A stretch of 64,000 nt of DNA from an uncultured delta proteobacterium (GTDB lineage Bacteria > Desulfobacterota > Syntrophorhabdia > Syntrophorhabdales > WCHB1-27), in contig CAWFRA010000001.1 in assembly GCA_963818095.1 (NCBI GenBank), positions 7,558 to 71,557 of the forward strand, written 5' to 3'. Below the pieces are notes generated by a model. It worked only from the letters and a program-made list of their open reading frames with translations, had not been told where the DNA came from and made no database searches. The position numbers were made by a program, and so were the translations under genes. Each line of letters starts with the position of its first letter. Positions within the stretch are counted from its first letter, which is position 1. This document shows, in pieces, positions 20,737 through 30,454 of the stretch.

Positions 20737-21858
20737 TCAAAAAATAAACTTACCATTCCGGTAGATGATCTCACCGTCCGCCAGGATCTCCCCGCCCTTT
20801 CGCATATCGGCCAGCATGTCCCAATGCACGGCGCACTCATTCTTTCCGCCCGCCTCGCCGTACGACGAGCCGAGCGCCATATGTATCGTGCCGCCCATCT
20901 TTTCGTCGAACAGGATGTTTCGCGTGAAACGGTTGATGCCTGCGTTCGTGCCGATGGCCGCCTCGCCGAAGCGGTCCGCCCCCGGCACCTCCAGCACCTT
21001 CCCGAGAAGGCCCGCGCCCCTGGCCGCTTCCCAGCGCACTACCCGGCCGCCCTCCACTTCCAGGCGCACGTCCTCTACCTCCTGCCCCATGTAGATGGCC
21101 GGATAGGAGAAACGGACGCGCCCCTCGACGGAGTTTTCCACGGGACTCGTGAAGACCTCGCCGGACGGCATGTTGTGCCTGCCGTCAGAGTTGATCCACT
21201 TCCTGCCTTCAGTCGAAAATGTGATGTCCGTGTCGCGGCCCCTGAACGTGACGCTGCGCGCGCCGTTAAGCCTGTCAACAGCGCGCTGCTGGCGCTCGCG
21301 CACTTCCTGCCATGCGGCGGCGGGGTCAGGCCGGTTGAGGAAACACGCGCGGCTGATAAACGCCTCGTACTCGCGGCGCGACATGCCGCACTCCTGCGCC
21401 TGCGCGTCCGTCGGGAACTCGCAGAGGGTCCAGGCAAGCTCGCCCGCGACGGAGCGCTCCCTGAAGCGCTTTTTAACCTTCGTCTCGCCGACTGCCACGG
21501 CGCGCAGGCGGTCGGGGTCGACGGACTGCATCTCGCGCGTGTGGAAGGGCGCGCGGATGAAGAGGAACGCCTGGTAGTGCTCGACTGCATAGGCATAGAG
21601 CGGCGACGGGTGAGCAAGCTGCGCGGGGCTGCCTTCGTCATAAAGGCGGCGGACCAGCCCTGCGGCGCTGAGCCACGTTTCAGGGTACGCGCCTGCTGCG
21701 AGGGCCGCACTGAAGACCTCCTGCAGGAGGGGTTCGGAGAGGTAGGTGGAGACGATGAGCAGCTTGTCCCCTTCGTGCAGGTCGAGGCAGTAGCGGACCA
21801 GGAGGTCCGCGTAGCGGGCGTACAGCGTGTTTTTCTTGGTCTTGCTCTTCATCATCAT
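20737..21858 (-). CDS. M29-family aminopeptidase (AmpS/PepS-like)
   Basis: Full-length collinear resemblance to thermophilic metalloaminopeptidases: LLVRYCLDLHEGDKLLI, HNMPSGEVFTSPVE, EAAIGTNAGI, FDEKMGGTIHMALGSSY. Confidence 0.85.
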   Translation of the reverse strand: MMMKSKTKKNTLYARYADLLVRYCLDLHEGDKLLIVSTYLSEPLLQEVFSAALAAGAYPETWLSAAGLVRRLYDEGSPAQLAHPSPLYAYAVEHYQAFLFIRAPFHTREMQSVDPDRLRAVAVGETKVKKRFRERSVAGELAWTLCEFPTDAQAQECGMSRREYEAFISRACFLNRPDPAAAWQEVRERQQRAVDRLNGARSVTFRGRDTDITFSTEGRKWINSDGRHNMPSGEVFTSPVENSVEGRVRFSYPAIYMGQEVEDVRLEVEGGRVVRWEAARGAGLLGKVLEVPGADRFGEAAIGTNAGINRFTRNILFDEKMGGTIHMALGSSYGEAGGKNECAVHWDMLADMRKGGEILADGEIIYRNGKFIF

Positions 21859-21932
21859 GAACTCCTTGGCTGCACGCGCGGATCATCGATCCCGGCGCAT
21901 GGCGCAAAAAGCGCCCGGCCACCAAATATCCC

Positions 21933-23075
21933 TCAAATCTTGACGATTCTATATTCCCTCTCGCCCATGCCCATCCTCTCCGCATGGTCGAGTTGTATAT
22001 TCCAATCTATCGACGGATAAACCAACCTGAACTTGTCCTCCCCCGGCCCTGCCCCTTTTTTGATCGCTGTCCCCGGCAGCGCCTCTTCGTTGTTCACCAT
22101 GTCCACCGAGGCTGCGTCTATCGCCACCGGATCGACTGACGCCAGTATCCCCAGGTCGCGCACTATCGGCGCGTCGTTGCTCGGATAGCAGTCGCACGCC
22201 GGGCTTATCTGCATCAGGAAGTTGATGAAGACGCACTTGCCCGCTTTGCCTGCCAGCGCGCCTGCCGCGTGCTCCACCATCTTTTTCTGGAACCTGTCCT
22301 GCTCCTCGTTCCACTGGATCTCGATTGCGCCCTGCGGGCAGACTACGATGCACTCGCCGCAGCCTATGCACCTGTGGCCTTCTATCATTGCCTTTCTGCC
22401 TTTCCGGCCGGGCGCGCCTGCGTCTGCCTTACCCCCCTTCAGCTTTATCGCGTTCTGCGGGCAGTAATCGAGACAGAGTCCGCAGCCCTTGCACCGCTCC
22501 ACGTTGATCGACGGGCCGACGGTCGAGTGCTGCACCAGCTTGCCTTCCCTGGTGGCGCACCCCATGCCCAGGTTCTTGATCGCGCCGCCGAAACCGCAAA
22601 GCTCGTGCCCCTTGAAGTGCGTAGCGGCGACGAGGGCGTCCGCATCGACGATCTCCCGCGCTATGCTCACCTCCGTGAGCACGCCCCCGGCCGGGACCGG
22701 CACCTTCTCGCCCGATGCGCCCCGGAGGCCGTCCGCGATAACTACGGGGCAGCCGGCCACTGAGTAATCGAAGCCGTTCAGCACGGCGGTCTCCATGTGG
22801 GTGACGCCGTTGCTGCGCGACCCGGTGTAGAGCGTGTTCGTATCGGTCAAAAACGGCCGCGCGCCTGAGGCCCGCAAATGGTCCGCGATGACGCGCAGGA
22901 AAATCGGCCGCAGATACGCGCAGTTGCCCCGCTCGCCGAAGTGCACTTTGATCGCGGCAAGGTCGTTCTTGCGCACCTTTTTGGAAAGCTTTACCCGCAT
23001 CAGAAGGTCCTCTATTTTGTCAAGCAGGCTCCTGCCCGGTTTCGCCCTCAGATCGGTAAAATAGACCGTCGCCAT
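21933..23075 (-). CDS. DUF362-family protein with an inserted 2x[4Fe-4S] ferredoxin domain
   Basis: Two CxxCxxCxxxCP motifs (CKGCGLCLDYCPQNAI, CIGCGECIVVCPQGAI) sit inside a DUF362-like scaffold (KVHFGERGNCAYLRP...). Confidence 0.75.
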   Translation of the reverse strand: MATVYFTDLRAKPGRSLLDKIEDLLMRVKLSKKVRKNDLAAIKVHFGERGNCAYLRPIFLRVIADHLRASGARPFLTDTNTLYTGSRSNGVTHMETAVLNGFDYSVAGCPVVIADGLRGASGEKVPVPAGGVLTEVSIAREIVDADALVAATHFKGHELCGFGGAIKNLGMGCATREGKLVQHSTVGPSINVERCKGCGLCLDYCPQNAIKLKGGKADAGAPGRKGRKAMIEGHRCIGCGECIVVCPQGAIEIQWNEEQDRFQKKMVEHAAGALAGKAGKCVFINFLMQISPACDCYPSNDAPIVRDLGILASVDPVAIDAASVDMVNNEEALPGTAIKKGAGPGEDKFRLVYPSIDWNIQLDHAERMGMGEREYRIVKI

Positions 23076-23260
23076 TCTCGCGTCTCCTTTTCGACTATTA
23101 TCGCGGCTCGGCGCTTCGCCTACGCTCGCTTTATAATACTTCTGCTTACCAGCAGGGTTATTTATTTTCAGTCCTGATTATGGTACAAGTATACCGCAAA
23201 TTTTAGCGCGCACCAAACAACGTAGCGCACGCTGCCCAAACCCGAAAAAAAGGAGACGAG

Positions 23261-24449
23261 ATGCCGCAGCTTTCCGAAAGCAACGCCTTGATACAAAAAA
23301 TAGCCGAAAAGATGGCCAGGGAGAAAGTCGCGCCCAGGGCTAAAGCGATAGACGCAACCTGTGAATTCCCCTGGGACGTCGTAAACGCGTGCCGAGAGTA
23401 CGGCTTCCTCTACCTCATGCTGCCCGAGGCGTACGGAGGGCTGAACGCAAGCATTACGTCCCTGTGCGTCGTTATCGAGGAGCTCGCCAAGGCGTCCGGG
23501 TACGACGTCGCTCATCGTGCTCGCCCATAACGTCGGCCTTATGCCTATCCTGATCGCGGCGTCGGACGAGCAAAAGAAATTAATTTACGACAAGGTCGTC
23601 AATTCCAAAGAGCCTTACCTTGCCGCATTCGCCCTGACCGAGCCCGAGGCCGGCTCAGACCCCGCGCGCATGACGACCACCTTCGTCAAGGACGGCGACG
23701 GCTTCATCCTGAACGGCAGGAAGTCGATGATAACCAACGGGGCAAGCTGCAAGCTGCTGACGCTCTTCGCATCGAGCAACCCCGCCCTGAAGCACAAGGG
23801 CATCACTGCGTTTTTCATGGAGACGAGCCTCCCCGGCATCACGATCGGCAAGAACGAGGAGAAGATGGGGATGAACGGCTCCGACCTTACGGAGATCAGC
23901 TTCGACAACGTGCGGCTCACCCGCGACAACCTGCTCGGCGAAGGCAACGACGGATGGGGCGTTGCGATGTCCACGCTCAACCTGTCGCGGCCCGCGGTCG
24001 GCGCGCAGGCAGTCGGCATCGCCCAGGGCGCCCTCGACTACTCCGCGGAATACGCGTGGGGCAGGACACAGTTCGGCCAGAGGCTCGCAGAGCACGAAGG
24101 CATACAGGCGATGATAGGCGAGATGGCGACGGGGGTGGAGGCCGCCAGGCAGCTTGTTTACCACGCCGCGATGCTCCTCGACGAGCTGCCCGGCAGGGAC
24201 AGGGACACAATGGGCGCAATGGCCGCCGACAGGGCAAGCGCAATGGCGAAGGTCTATTCAGCCGACATGGCGATGAAGGTGACGACCGAGGCCGTGCAGA
24301 TACTGGGGAGCTACGGGTACACGAAAGATTATCCGGTCGAGCGCATGATGCGCGACGCGAAAGCGACCCAGATATATGAAGGCGCGAACCAGATTCAGAG
24401 AATGGTGATAGCGCGGTCGATCTTCCGCAGGTATAAGCTGAAGGGTTAA
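23261..24449 (+). CDS. Acyl-CoA dehydrogenase with one frameshift near 23505
   Basis: 23261-23530 (..VVIEELAKASG) and 23517-24449 (..SLIVLAHNVGLMPIL.., LTEPEAGSD, YEGANQIQRMVIAR) are collinear halves of one ACAD. Confidence 0.85.
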
Positions 24450-24455
24450 TTGTGC

Positions 24456-24592
24456 GCGGCGGCGTCTGAGGCGCATCTTTGGGGTCGCGCTTCGCCCTGC
24501 GGGACTCCGACGTACAAAAGAGTACGCCTCCGTTCCTCGGGCTCGCGCTCACCCAAATCTGCATCCTCATACTTGCCGCTCTTTAGTGGTGC
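24456..24592 (-). repeat. MITE-like element, family B copy 2, inverted relative to copy 1
   Basis: 24467-24578 is a 112-bp perfect reverse complement of 19316-19427. One terminal inverted repeat is degenerate here. Confidence 0.8.
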
Positions 24593-24901
24593 GGGTCATC
24601 TACCCGCTTTACTCGACTTTCGGGGCATCCATCGGAAATCTCCCGCCCACACCGGACCCTGTTCCGTTTTGTCGAGGCGCTGCAATCTCCCGTACCCTGG
24701 CACTGCGGCGCTGCCCCGTGCCTTCTTCATGTCCCTTGTCCCCTGGGTGAGGGTAGAATGAGGGGTTTATGCCTATGGGTTTGGCCTTACAAGTTCTTTT
24801 ACAAGATTTTCCTTACCCTGAAACAACACAGTATGGTAATGAATAACCATGTAGAGGCGAAGAAATAGCCGGAATTAAGGTCTGATCGCTGGGGTCTAGG
24901 T

Positions 24902-27028
24902 TTGAAGAACATGTCAATCGAGATCATTGACGAGACGTCACGCTACTTGACCGAAGTCAAAAGGCTTTGGAGAAAGAACAGCGAGATTCTGGGGTTCTTT
25001 CCCCAGGGTGCGTTTGAAGAATATGCCGCTAAGCGGACAATTATCGCGGCTGTTTCCCCAGAAAAGACTTTCATGGGCTATCTATTATTTCGGGTGGTAA
25101 GATACTCGGCCGGTTGGCCTGTAGCCGTTATCGTCCATCTATGCGTCGCTCGTGCAAGTCGAGGCAAGGGAATAGCCAGACAACTGGTGGAAAGCCTGCG
25201 CCGGTTAACGCATGATCAATTTCTGCGCATCGCGTTGAAATGCAGGCGCGATTTCGAGGTAAGTAAGATGTGGCCGACACTCGGCTTCACTTATGGTGGC
25301 GACGAGGCGGGTCGGGCAGGCCGTCCGCTTGGACGATGGTACATAGACTTGCGTGATTTGCCATTAATGGCGTTCTTTAGACAAAAGACATTGGCAAAAA
25401 GATTCTTGGCCGTTATTGACAGTAATGTGTTTTTTCGCTTGCAAGACGAAATAGGCCCAACAACACCGCAACATGAGAAAATCCTGAGTGAGGAAGCAAA
25501 AGCTTTGCTCGAAGACTGGCTCGGCGAAGACGTGGCTCTTGCGATCACCAAAGAGACGCTTAACGAAATAGAAAGAAATGACAATGCTTACGAACGCTGG
25601 CGTAGAGTATCATTTTCAAATGAGTTTCACAGCCTTACCTGTTCTTCCGATGCACAAGAAAGAGTTTGCGCGGTGGTTAAATCTTACCTTCCCGGTACGC
25701 TCAGTGATAACGACAAATCAGATATAAACCAAGTTAGTCAGGCTATCAGCGGCAAGGCCTACTGTTTTATTACGCAAGATACGCGACTGTTACGGATAAC
25801 AGAGCACGTGGAGAGGGAATTTGGCACGAAAATAATGACGCCCGGTGAGTTTGTAGGCCACGTGGACGAACTGATTCGCGAAATTCAATATAGGCCTGTC
25901 ATGTTCGCCGGTTCACGGCGCCTCGTCAAGTCCGCTATCCGTGGCCGACTGCCTGAAGATCTTTATTCTCAATTCCGTGATTCCGCCATTGGAGAAAAGA
26001 AAGGCGAATTCGAATCAAGCTTACGCGCTTTTATGGCCCGGCCGGCTCAATATGACTTGCAGTTGTGTACGTATCTGAATGGGAAAGCTTTAGTTCTGGT
26101 TGTCTACGATAGGAAGCGGCCCCTGGAACTCTCCATTCCAATGCTTCGTGTTACGTGGTCATCTCTTACCGAAACAGTTCTGCGCTACGTTCTCCGCCAA
26201 ATAGTAATGACATCATTTTTCGAAAAGCGTTCCACTATCAGGATAACTGATCGAAGCTGCGCTGAGAGTTTCAGAGAAGCGTTTGAGGAAGTTGGCTTCA
26301 GTCTAGTTGACAAGGAATATGTTAAGTGCAACCTGCCTTTCGTCGGTACAGGTGAAGAACTAAGCGCGCAAATGAACGGCCAAATGGATTTTCCTATTCT
26401 GCAAAGTCTTTCTGACGTTTTAAGTAGAGCGGTTGTGCTCCACGACCCTGTGGCTCTTATGGAGATCGAACACCGCCTGTGGCCGGCAAAGCTTCTCGAT
26501 AGTAATATTCCTAATTATATAGTCTCAATCAAACCAGGCTGGGCGGAGCATCTTTTTGACGAAGATTTAGCCGCTCAGACTCTTTTGGGAGCTAGAGAAA
26601 TTACTTCGCTTAAGAGCGAGAATGTGTACTATAGACGTTACAGATATCCTTCAGAAGTTCGAGGACCAGGCCGAATTCTATGGTACGTAACAAAAGATTA
26701 CAATCACCGTAACTCCATGCAATTAAGGGCTTGTTCCCTTCTGGAGGAAGTTGTAATTGGGAAGGCGAAAGCGCTTTTTAAAAGATTCCAGAGGCTTGGG
26801 GTTTACGAATGGACAAACGTGCTTCGGGATACCGATGGAAATCCGGACGCCTCTCTCATGGTTTTACGCTTTAGCAATACCGAGGTCTTTAGGCATCCTA
26901 TAAGCCTGGAGACTTTTGGACAGATCGTTCGAAGCGAGGATCAGAAATCGTTGTGTCTTCAGTCTCCTCAGCCGATTTCATCCAAGGCTTTTGCTATCTT
27001 ATATAAAACAGGAATGGGAATAAATTGA
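24902..27028 (+). CDS. 708-aa multidomain protein: GNAT acetyltransferase, PIN-like nuclease, second GNAT-like segment, C-terminal PUA/ASCH-like segment
   Basis: GNAT CoA pocket VARASRGKGIARQLVESL. PIN acidic core LAVIDSNVFF / ETLNEIE / DINQVSQ / CFITQDTRLL. C-terminal IVSIKPGWAEHLF...ILWYVTKD...MVLRFSNTEVF. The region is AT-richer than its flanks. Confidence 0.6.
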   Translation: MKNMSIEIIDETSRYLTEVKRLWRKNSEILGFFPQGAFEEYAAKRTIIAAVSPEKTFMGYLLFRVVRYSAGWPVAVIVHLCVARASRGKGIARQLVESLRRLTHDQFLRIALKCRRDFEVSKMWPTLGFTYGGDEAGRAGRPLGRWYIDLRDLPLMAFFRQKTLAKRFLAVIDSNVFFRLQDEIGPTTPQHEKILSEEAKALLEDWLGEDVALAITKETLNEIERNDNAYERWRRVSFSNEFHSLTCSSDAQERVCAVVKSYLPGTLSDNDKSDINQVSQAISGKAYCFITQDTRLLRITEHVEREFGTKIMTPGEFVGHVDELIREIQYRPVMFAGSRRLVKSAIRGRLPEDLYSQFRDSAIGEKKGEFESSLRAFMARPAQYDLQLCTYLNGKALVLVVYDRKRPLELSIPMLRVTWSSLTETVLRYVLRQIVMTSFFEKRSTIRITDRSCAESFREAFEEVGFSLVDKEYVKCNLPFVGTGEELSAQMNGQMDFPILQSLSDVLSRAVVLHDPVALMEIEHRLWPAKLLDSNIPNYIVSIKPGWAEHLFDEDLAAQTLLGAREITSLKSENVYYRRYRYPSEVRGPGRILWYVTKDYNHRNSMQLRACSLLEEVVIGKAKALFKRFQRLGVYEWTNVLRDTDGNPDASLMVLRFSNTEVFRHPISLETFGQIVRSEDQKSLCLQSPQPISSKAFAILYKTGMGIN

Positions 27029-27482
27029 AAAACCAACCGACAAAGAAGGTCATTCTATTGTCAGTCTTGCCGAAATTTGCTGAAAAAATCCTATCGGGGT
27101 TGAAGACAGTTGAATTAAGAAAAATACGCCCAAAAATCAGCGCGGGAGATCTAATTTTGCTTTACGTTACCTCTCCAGAAAAGTCTCTGCAGGCCATTCT
27201 CAGAATCAGCGACGTGAAATGCGATAGCCCGGATGCACTCTGGAAACACGCTCGCACGTGCGTCGGATTATCTTATACCGAATACAAGACCTACACTTTA
27301 ATGGAAGATCGATAGGTTATGCAATATATTTCGACAGGGTCGTGTCGCTATCTAATTCTTTATCCCTGCACATGTTGCGAAGCGTTTCGCCTGGTTTCCA
27401 ACCTCCGCGAATTCATCAGTATTTTTCTATTCGCGAAGTACATAATTTCATGCGTCGTCTTCGTGAACAGCAATCTCGTTAG
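27025..27482 (+). CDS. Small ASCH-domain protein, translationally coupled (TTGA overlap), with one frameshift near 27290
   Basis: KVILLSVLPKFAEKILSGLKTVELRKIRPKISAGDLILLY..LQAILRISDV, continued in the next frame as GRSIGYAIYFDRVVSLSNSLSLHMLRSVSPGFQPPRIHQYF. Confidence 0.6.
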
Positions 27483-27514
27483 AACATTGGCCCTGAAAGT
27501 GTTGACGTTCATCT

Positions 27515-27742
27515 TCACCTCCCCTGCTTTAGTCCCTTACAAAAATTCTCATGCACGCCGAGGGCAAGCAGCGAGAGGTTTTCCGCGTCGAATTTGTAGG
27601 CGAGGAGGTACTGCCGGTCGCCCGCGCGCCGCTTATAGACGCGAACGCCTGCGAGGTCGCTACGCTTTTCTTCGCCGCAGGTGGGGTCGCTCATGATGCG
27701 GCGGATGGCGCGGATTGACCTACCATTATCGTATAGCGTCAT
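27515..27742 (-). CDS. RelE/ParE-like toxin, short form
   Basis: The C-terminal pattern LAGVRVYKRRAGDRQYLLAYKFDAENLSLLALGVHENF resembles RelE/ParE (..YRiiY.i....i.vl.vgHR..). No convincing antitoxin lies upstream. Confidence 0.45.
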   Translation of the reverse strand: MTLYDNGRSIRAIRRIMSDPTCGEEKRSDLAGVRVYKRRAGDRQYLLAYKFDAENLSLLALGVHENFCKGLKQGR

Positions 27743-27944
27743 TCCTGCCGCTCGTGCACCTCACACTCTTGTGTAACTCATCACCCTTTTTCCAACGCCG
27801 AACCACCATTGTCCTTCGATACATACATAAATGTCTTGCAAATAATTCTATACCTGTGTTAGAAAGGAATTTGAGCGGTAATGTCCCGTAGAGGATTCTT
27901 TGGGTTAATAATGATTCTATCCTCCATATAACGGGAGAGACAAA

Positions 27945-28055
27945 TTGCTGCATTTTATTTTTGAGCTGTTCGCGAATTCAACTATTCTCGTCTTAATAGG
28001 GGTCCTCGTTCTAATAATAGTTGGCTTTATAGTGCGCGGGGAATGGAGGCTTTAG
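27945..28055 (+). CDS. Possible 36-aa single-TM hydrophobic peptide
   Basis: GGGAGAG (27933-27939), a 5-nt spacer, then TTG. Peptide (M)LHFIFELFANSTILVLIGVLVLIIVGFIVRGEWRL. It is too short for the supplied ORF track. Confidence 0.3.
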   Translation: MLHFIFELFANSTILVLIGVLVLIIVGFIVRGEWRL

Positions 28056-28120
28056 AGAATGTGTCGGGTTCAAAAGGGCCGTCAGTCAAGCCGCCGCACC
28101 TTCAAGGGTGTTTGAGCCCG

Positions 28121-29524
28121 TTACTCTCCGCAAACGCTTATCTTGGCGGCTGAGACGTCTGTCCGGGGGACTGAGACTTCGAGCGTTTCCTCCGGAGAGT
28201 TCTTTTTCGCTTTTCTCTTTATGACCAGTTGTACTACGGTGCCCGGCTTGCCGTAAAGCTTCAGCCGTGCCTCGCCCATGCTGCTCATCTTTGCCACTTC
28301 CGCCCCATCGATTGATACGATGTGGTCGCCCGATTTCAGCCCGGCCTTTTCCTCGCCAGGGCCGACCTGGGAAATGTACACGCTGCCGCGGCCGTCGGAA
28401 TTTACCCCCAGCAGGAGGTATCCGCTGGGGACCGGGCCCATCAGGACATTCTCCTCAACGACTGTCCCTGTCATGGAAACCCCTCCGCACGCCCACTTAG
28501 AGCTCCAGATCCCGGGGTCCACAACCTCCACCCGGAATTTGGGCCGGGTGATCTTAATGGTGATGCGTCCCCCGGCTTCATCTATCTGCGCTTCCACTTC
28601 CGCCATCGAAGTCGGGACGGTGCACGCGGTCGGGTAGGTTATTCCCGGGACTTCCCAGGAACCGACCCACTTGCCGCCTCGCTCGGTCAGAATGGAAGCA
28701 AGACAGTGCATTCCTCCCATATCGCTGCTATGCTTGCCGCCTATTACGTAGTCGATGGCGCCGTTCGAACCATAATGAACCCCCCGGAGGGTCAGCTTTC
28801 CACCATCCGCGTCAACCCTGTAAAGAGTGCCTGTCTGCGATATCCAGTATCCCGACATACTCTTGAAGCTCTGCGCCTGCTCGAGCCGGTACTCCAGCTT
28901 GACGATCTCATCTTTGATCCGCCGGGCGTCATCCGCGTTGGGGGCCAGGGCGACGTACTTCCCGTAGCTCTCGATAGCTTCCTTCAATTGCCCGATCTTC
29001 GCCTGGACGGAGCCCAGGTTGTACCAGGCCGCCGCCATGTTCGGCGCATAACCGGCGGCCTGTCCGAACTCCGACGCGGCCTTGGTCAGGTCCGCCTCGC
29101 TCCTGGCCATTTCAATGGCCGCCGCGCCGCGTATTATATGCTTCCGGGCCAGATCGTCCGCGGAGGCCCGAAGGACCGTGACAGTCTTCTCTTCCTCTTT
29201 TCTTTTTATCTTCAATTGCACCGGGGTACCCGCACGACCCCGGACCTTTTCAACCGCTTCATCCTTGCCCCCGATCCGCGCCGCATCCGTTCCGTCGATA
29301 GAGAGTATTTCGTCGCCGGTCTGCAAACCGGCCTGTTCCGCCGGGTCTCCTTTTTCGACCCAGCGTATCAACACCCTGCCCGAAGCCTCGCGCTCTATGT
29401 TGATGCCGACAACGCCGCTCGGCGAGACTTTTCCTGCGTCGCCCTGGCCGAAAACGGGGGCCGCAAGGCCCAGGCCAAGGATGAACGATGCGATTAACAG
29501 GATGCTGTAACAGGATCTCTTCAC
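28121..29524 (-). CDS. Secreted PDZ-TPR-(unknown central domain)-PDZ protein
   Basis: GTG at 29524 follows GGGAGA. Signal peptide KRSCYSILLIASFILGLGLAAPVFGQ. Two PDZ motifs (GDPAEQAGLQTGDEILSIDG; EEKAGLKSGDHIVSIDG). Its TPR block is paralogous to 31031-32116. Confidence 0.75.
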   Translation of the reverse strand: MKRSCYSILLIASFILGLGLAAPVFGQGDAGKVSPSGVVGINIEREASGRVLIRWVEKGDPAEQAGLQTGDEILSIDGTDAARIGGKDEAVEKVRGRAGTPVQLKIKRKEEEKTVTVLRASADDLARKHIIRGAAAIEMARSEADLTKAASEFGQAAGYAPNMAAAWYNLGSVQAKIGQLKEAIESYGKYVALAPNADDARRIKDEIVKLEYRLEQAQSFKSMSGYWISQTGTLYRVDADGGKLTLRGVHYGSNGAIDYVIGGKHSSDMGGMHCLASILTERGGKWVGSWEVPGITYPTACTVPTSMAEVEAQIDEAGGRITIKITRPKFRVEVVDPGIWSSKWACGGVSMTGTVVEENVLMGPVPSGYLLLGVNSDGRGSVYISQVGPGEEKAGLKSGDHIVSIDGAEVAKMSSMGEARLKLYGKPGTVVQLVIKRKAKKNSPEETLEVSVPRTDVSAAKISVCGE

Positions 29525-29708
29525 TCTCTTCTCCCTTTCCGTCGATAGGATTTCTCTTTCCGCGCGGCTATTTTCTACAACATTGCAGCGGGTAAGGTCA
29601 ACTGCATCGAGACGCCGTCGATATCTCCTTGAGGCCGCTGAATAATTTCCTTGACAATTGTATGCAATGAAAGCAAATCTAGGGACACCGATACGGGGGT
29701 ATGAAATA

Positions 29709-30428
29709 GTGAATCGAAAGGTAGTCGTGGCCGTCTTCATCGCAGCGCTTCTCGCCGCCTGGCCGAGTGCGGCCCTTGCCGAATGGAAGGTCTATTATAC
29801 GGGCAAGGCGGCAGGCATGTTCGGGTCTTACGGCAGGGGGAATTTCGCCACGAGATCGAAGTGCGAAGCCTACAGGACGTCAAGGCCGGCGTTCGAGTCG
29901 AACCAATCGCACTGCTCGGGGTTCGACGTCCCTTCATTTCAACCCGCCAAACCGGCGCCCCAGGTGCAAGGCAACGCCCCGGTGGCGCCCAGCCCGCAAG
30001 CACAGCCGAAGCCCTCGGCGTCCGGCCAGCCCGACCCGACGGAAGACCGGAAATTTAACGAACAAAAGGGCGCGCTGCTCAGGACCATCAGGATACCCGA
30101 CTCAGGCGATGTGCCGCAGGGCCCTTCCATCAGCCCCTCCCGGTTCGTGACGCCCGACATGTGCAGGCAGGCGGAACGGGACAGGGAGAAGCTCAGGAAC
30201 ACGCTGGCAGGCTTGCAGGAGCGGTCGAGGTCTCTCGATTCTTCCATGCGCGGAAGCGATCAGCGGATTTATGCTGAAAAGATGGAAAAGGTGCAGGCGA
30301 TGCTCGGAGTCGCCTCCAGGTTGCTCGACCTGGGCGCGCCGGCAATAGAGAAGGGCGCGCCGGCATATCTGAAAGGATACCGGTACATCCAGACGGCCAT
30401 GGGCGGGTTGGGTGTAGGGACCAGTTAA
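29709..30428 (+). CDS. Secreted Pro/Gln-rich hypothetical protein
   Basis: TTGACA at 29652-29657. GTG at 29709 gives the signal peptide VNRKVVVAVFIAALLAAWPSAALA. Confidence 0.5.
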   Translation: MNRKVVVAVFIAALLAAWPSAALAEWKVYYTGKAAGMFGSYGRGNFATRSKCEAYRTSRPAFESNQSHCSGFDVPSFQPAKPAPQVQGNAPVAPSPQAQPKPSASGQPDPTEDRKFNEQKGALLRTIRIPDSGDVPQGPSISPSRFVTPDMCRQAERDREKLRNTLAGLQERSRSLDSSMRGSDQRIYAEKMEKVQAMLGVASRLLDLGAPAIEKGAPAYLKGYRYIQTAMGGLGVGTS

Positions 30429-30454
30429 GCGCCGCCGAATTACAGAAATCGGCG

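Noticed and set aside
27726-27953. 75-aa ORF upstream of the RelE-like gene, considered as its antitoxin.
   Set aside because: It overlaps the toxin start out of register and its sequence (..RILYGTLPLKFLSNTGIELFARHLCMYRR..) shows no RHH/HTH/Phd-like pattern. It lies in very AT-rich DNA where chance ORFs are common.
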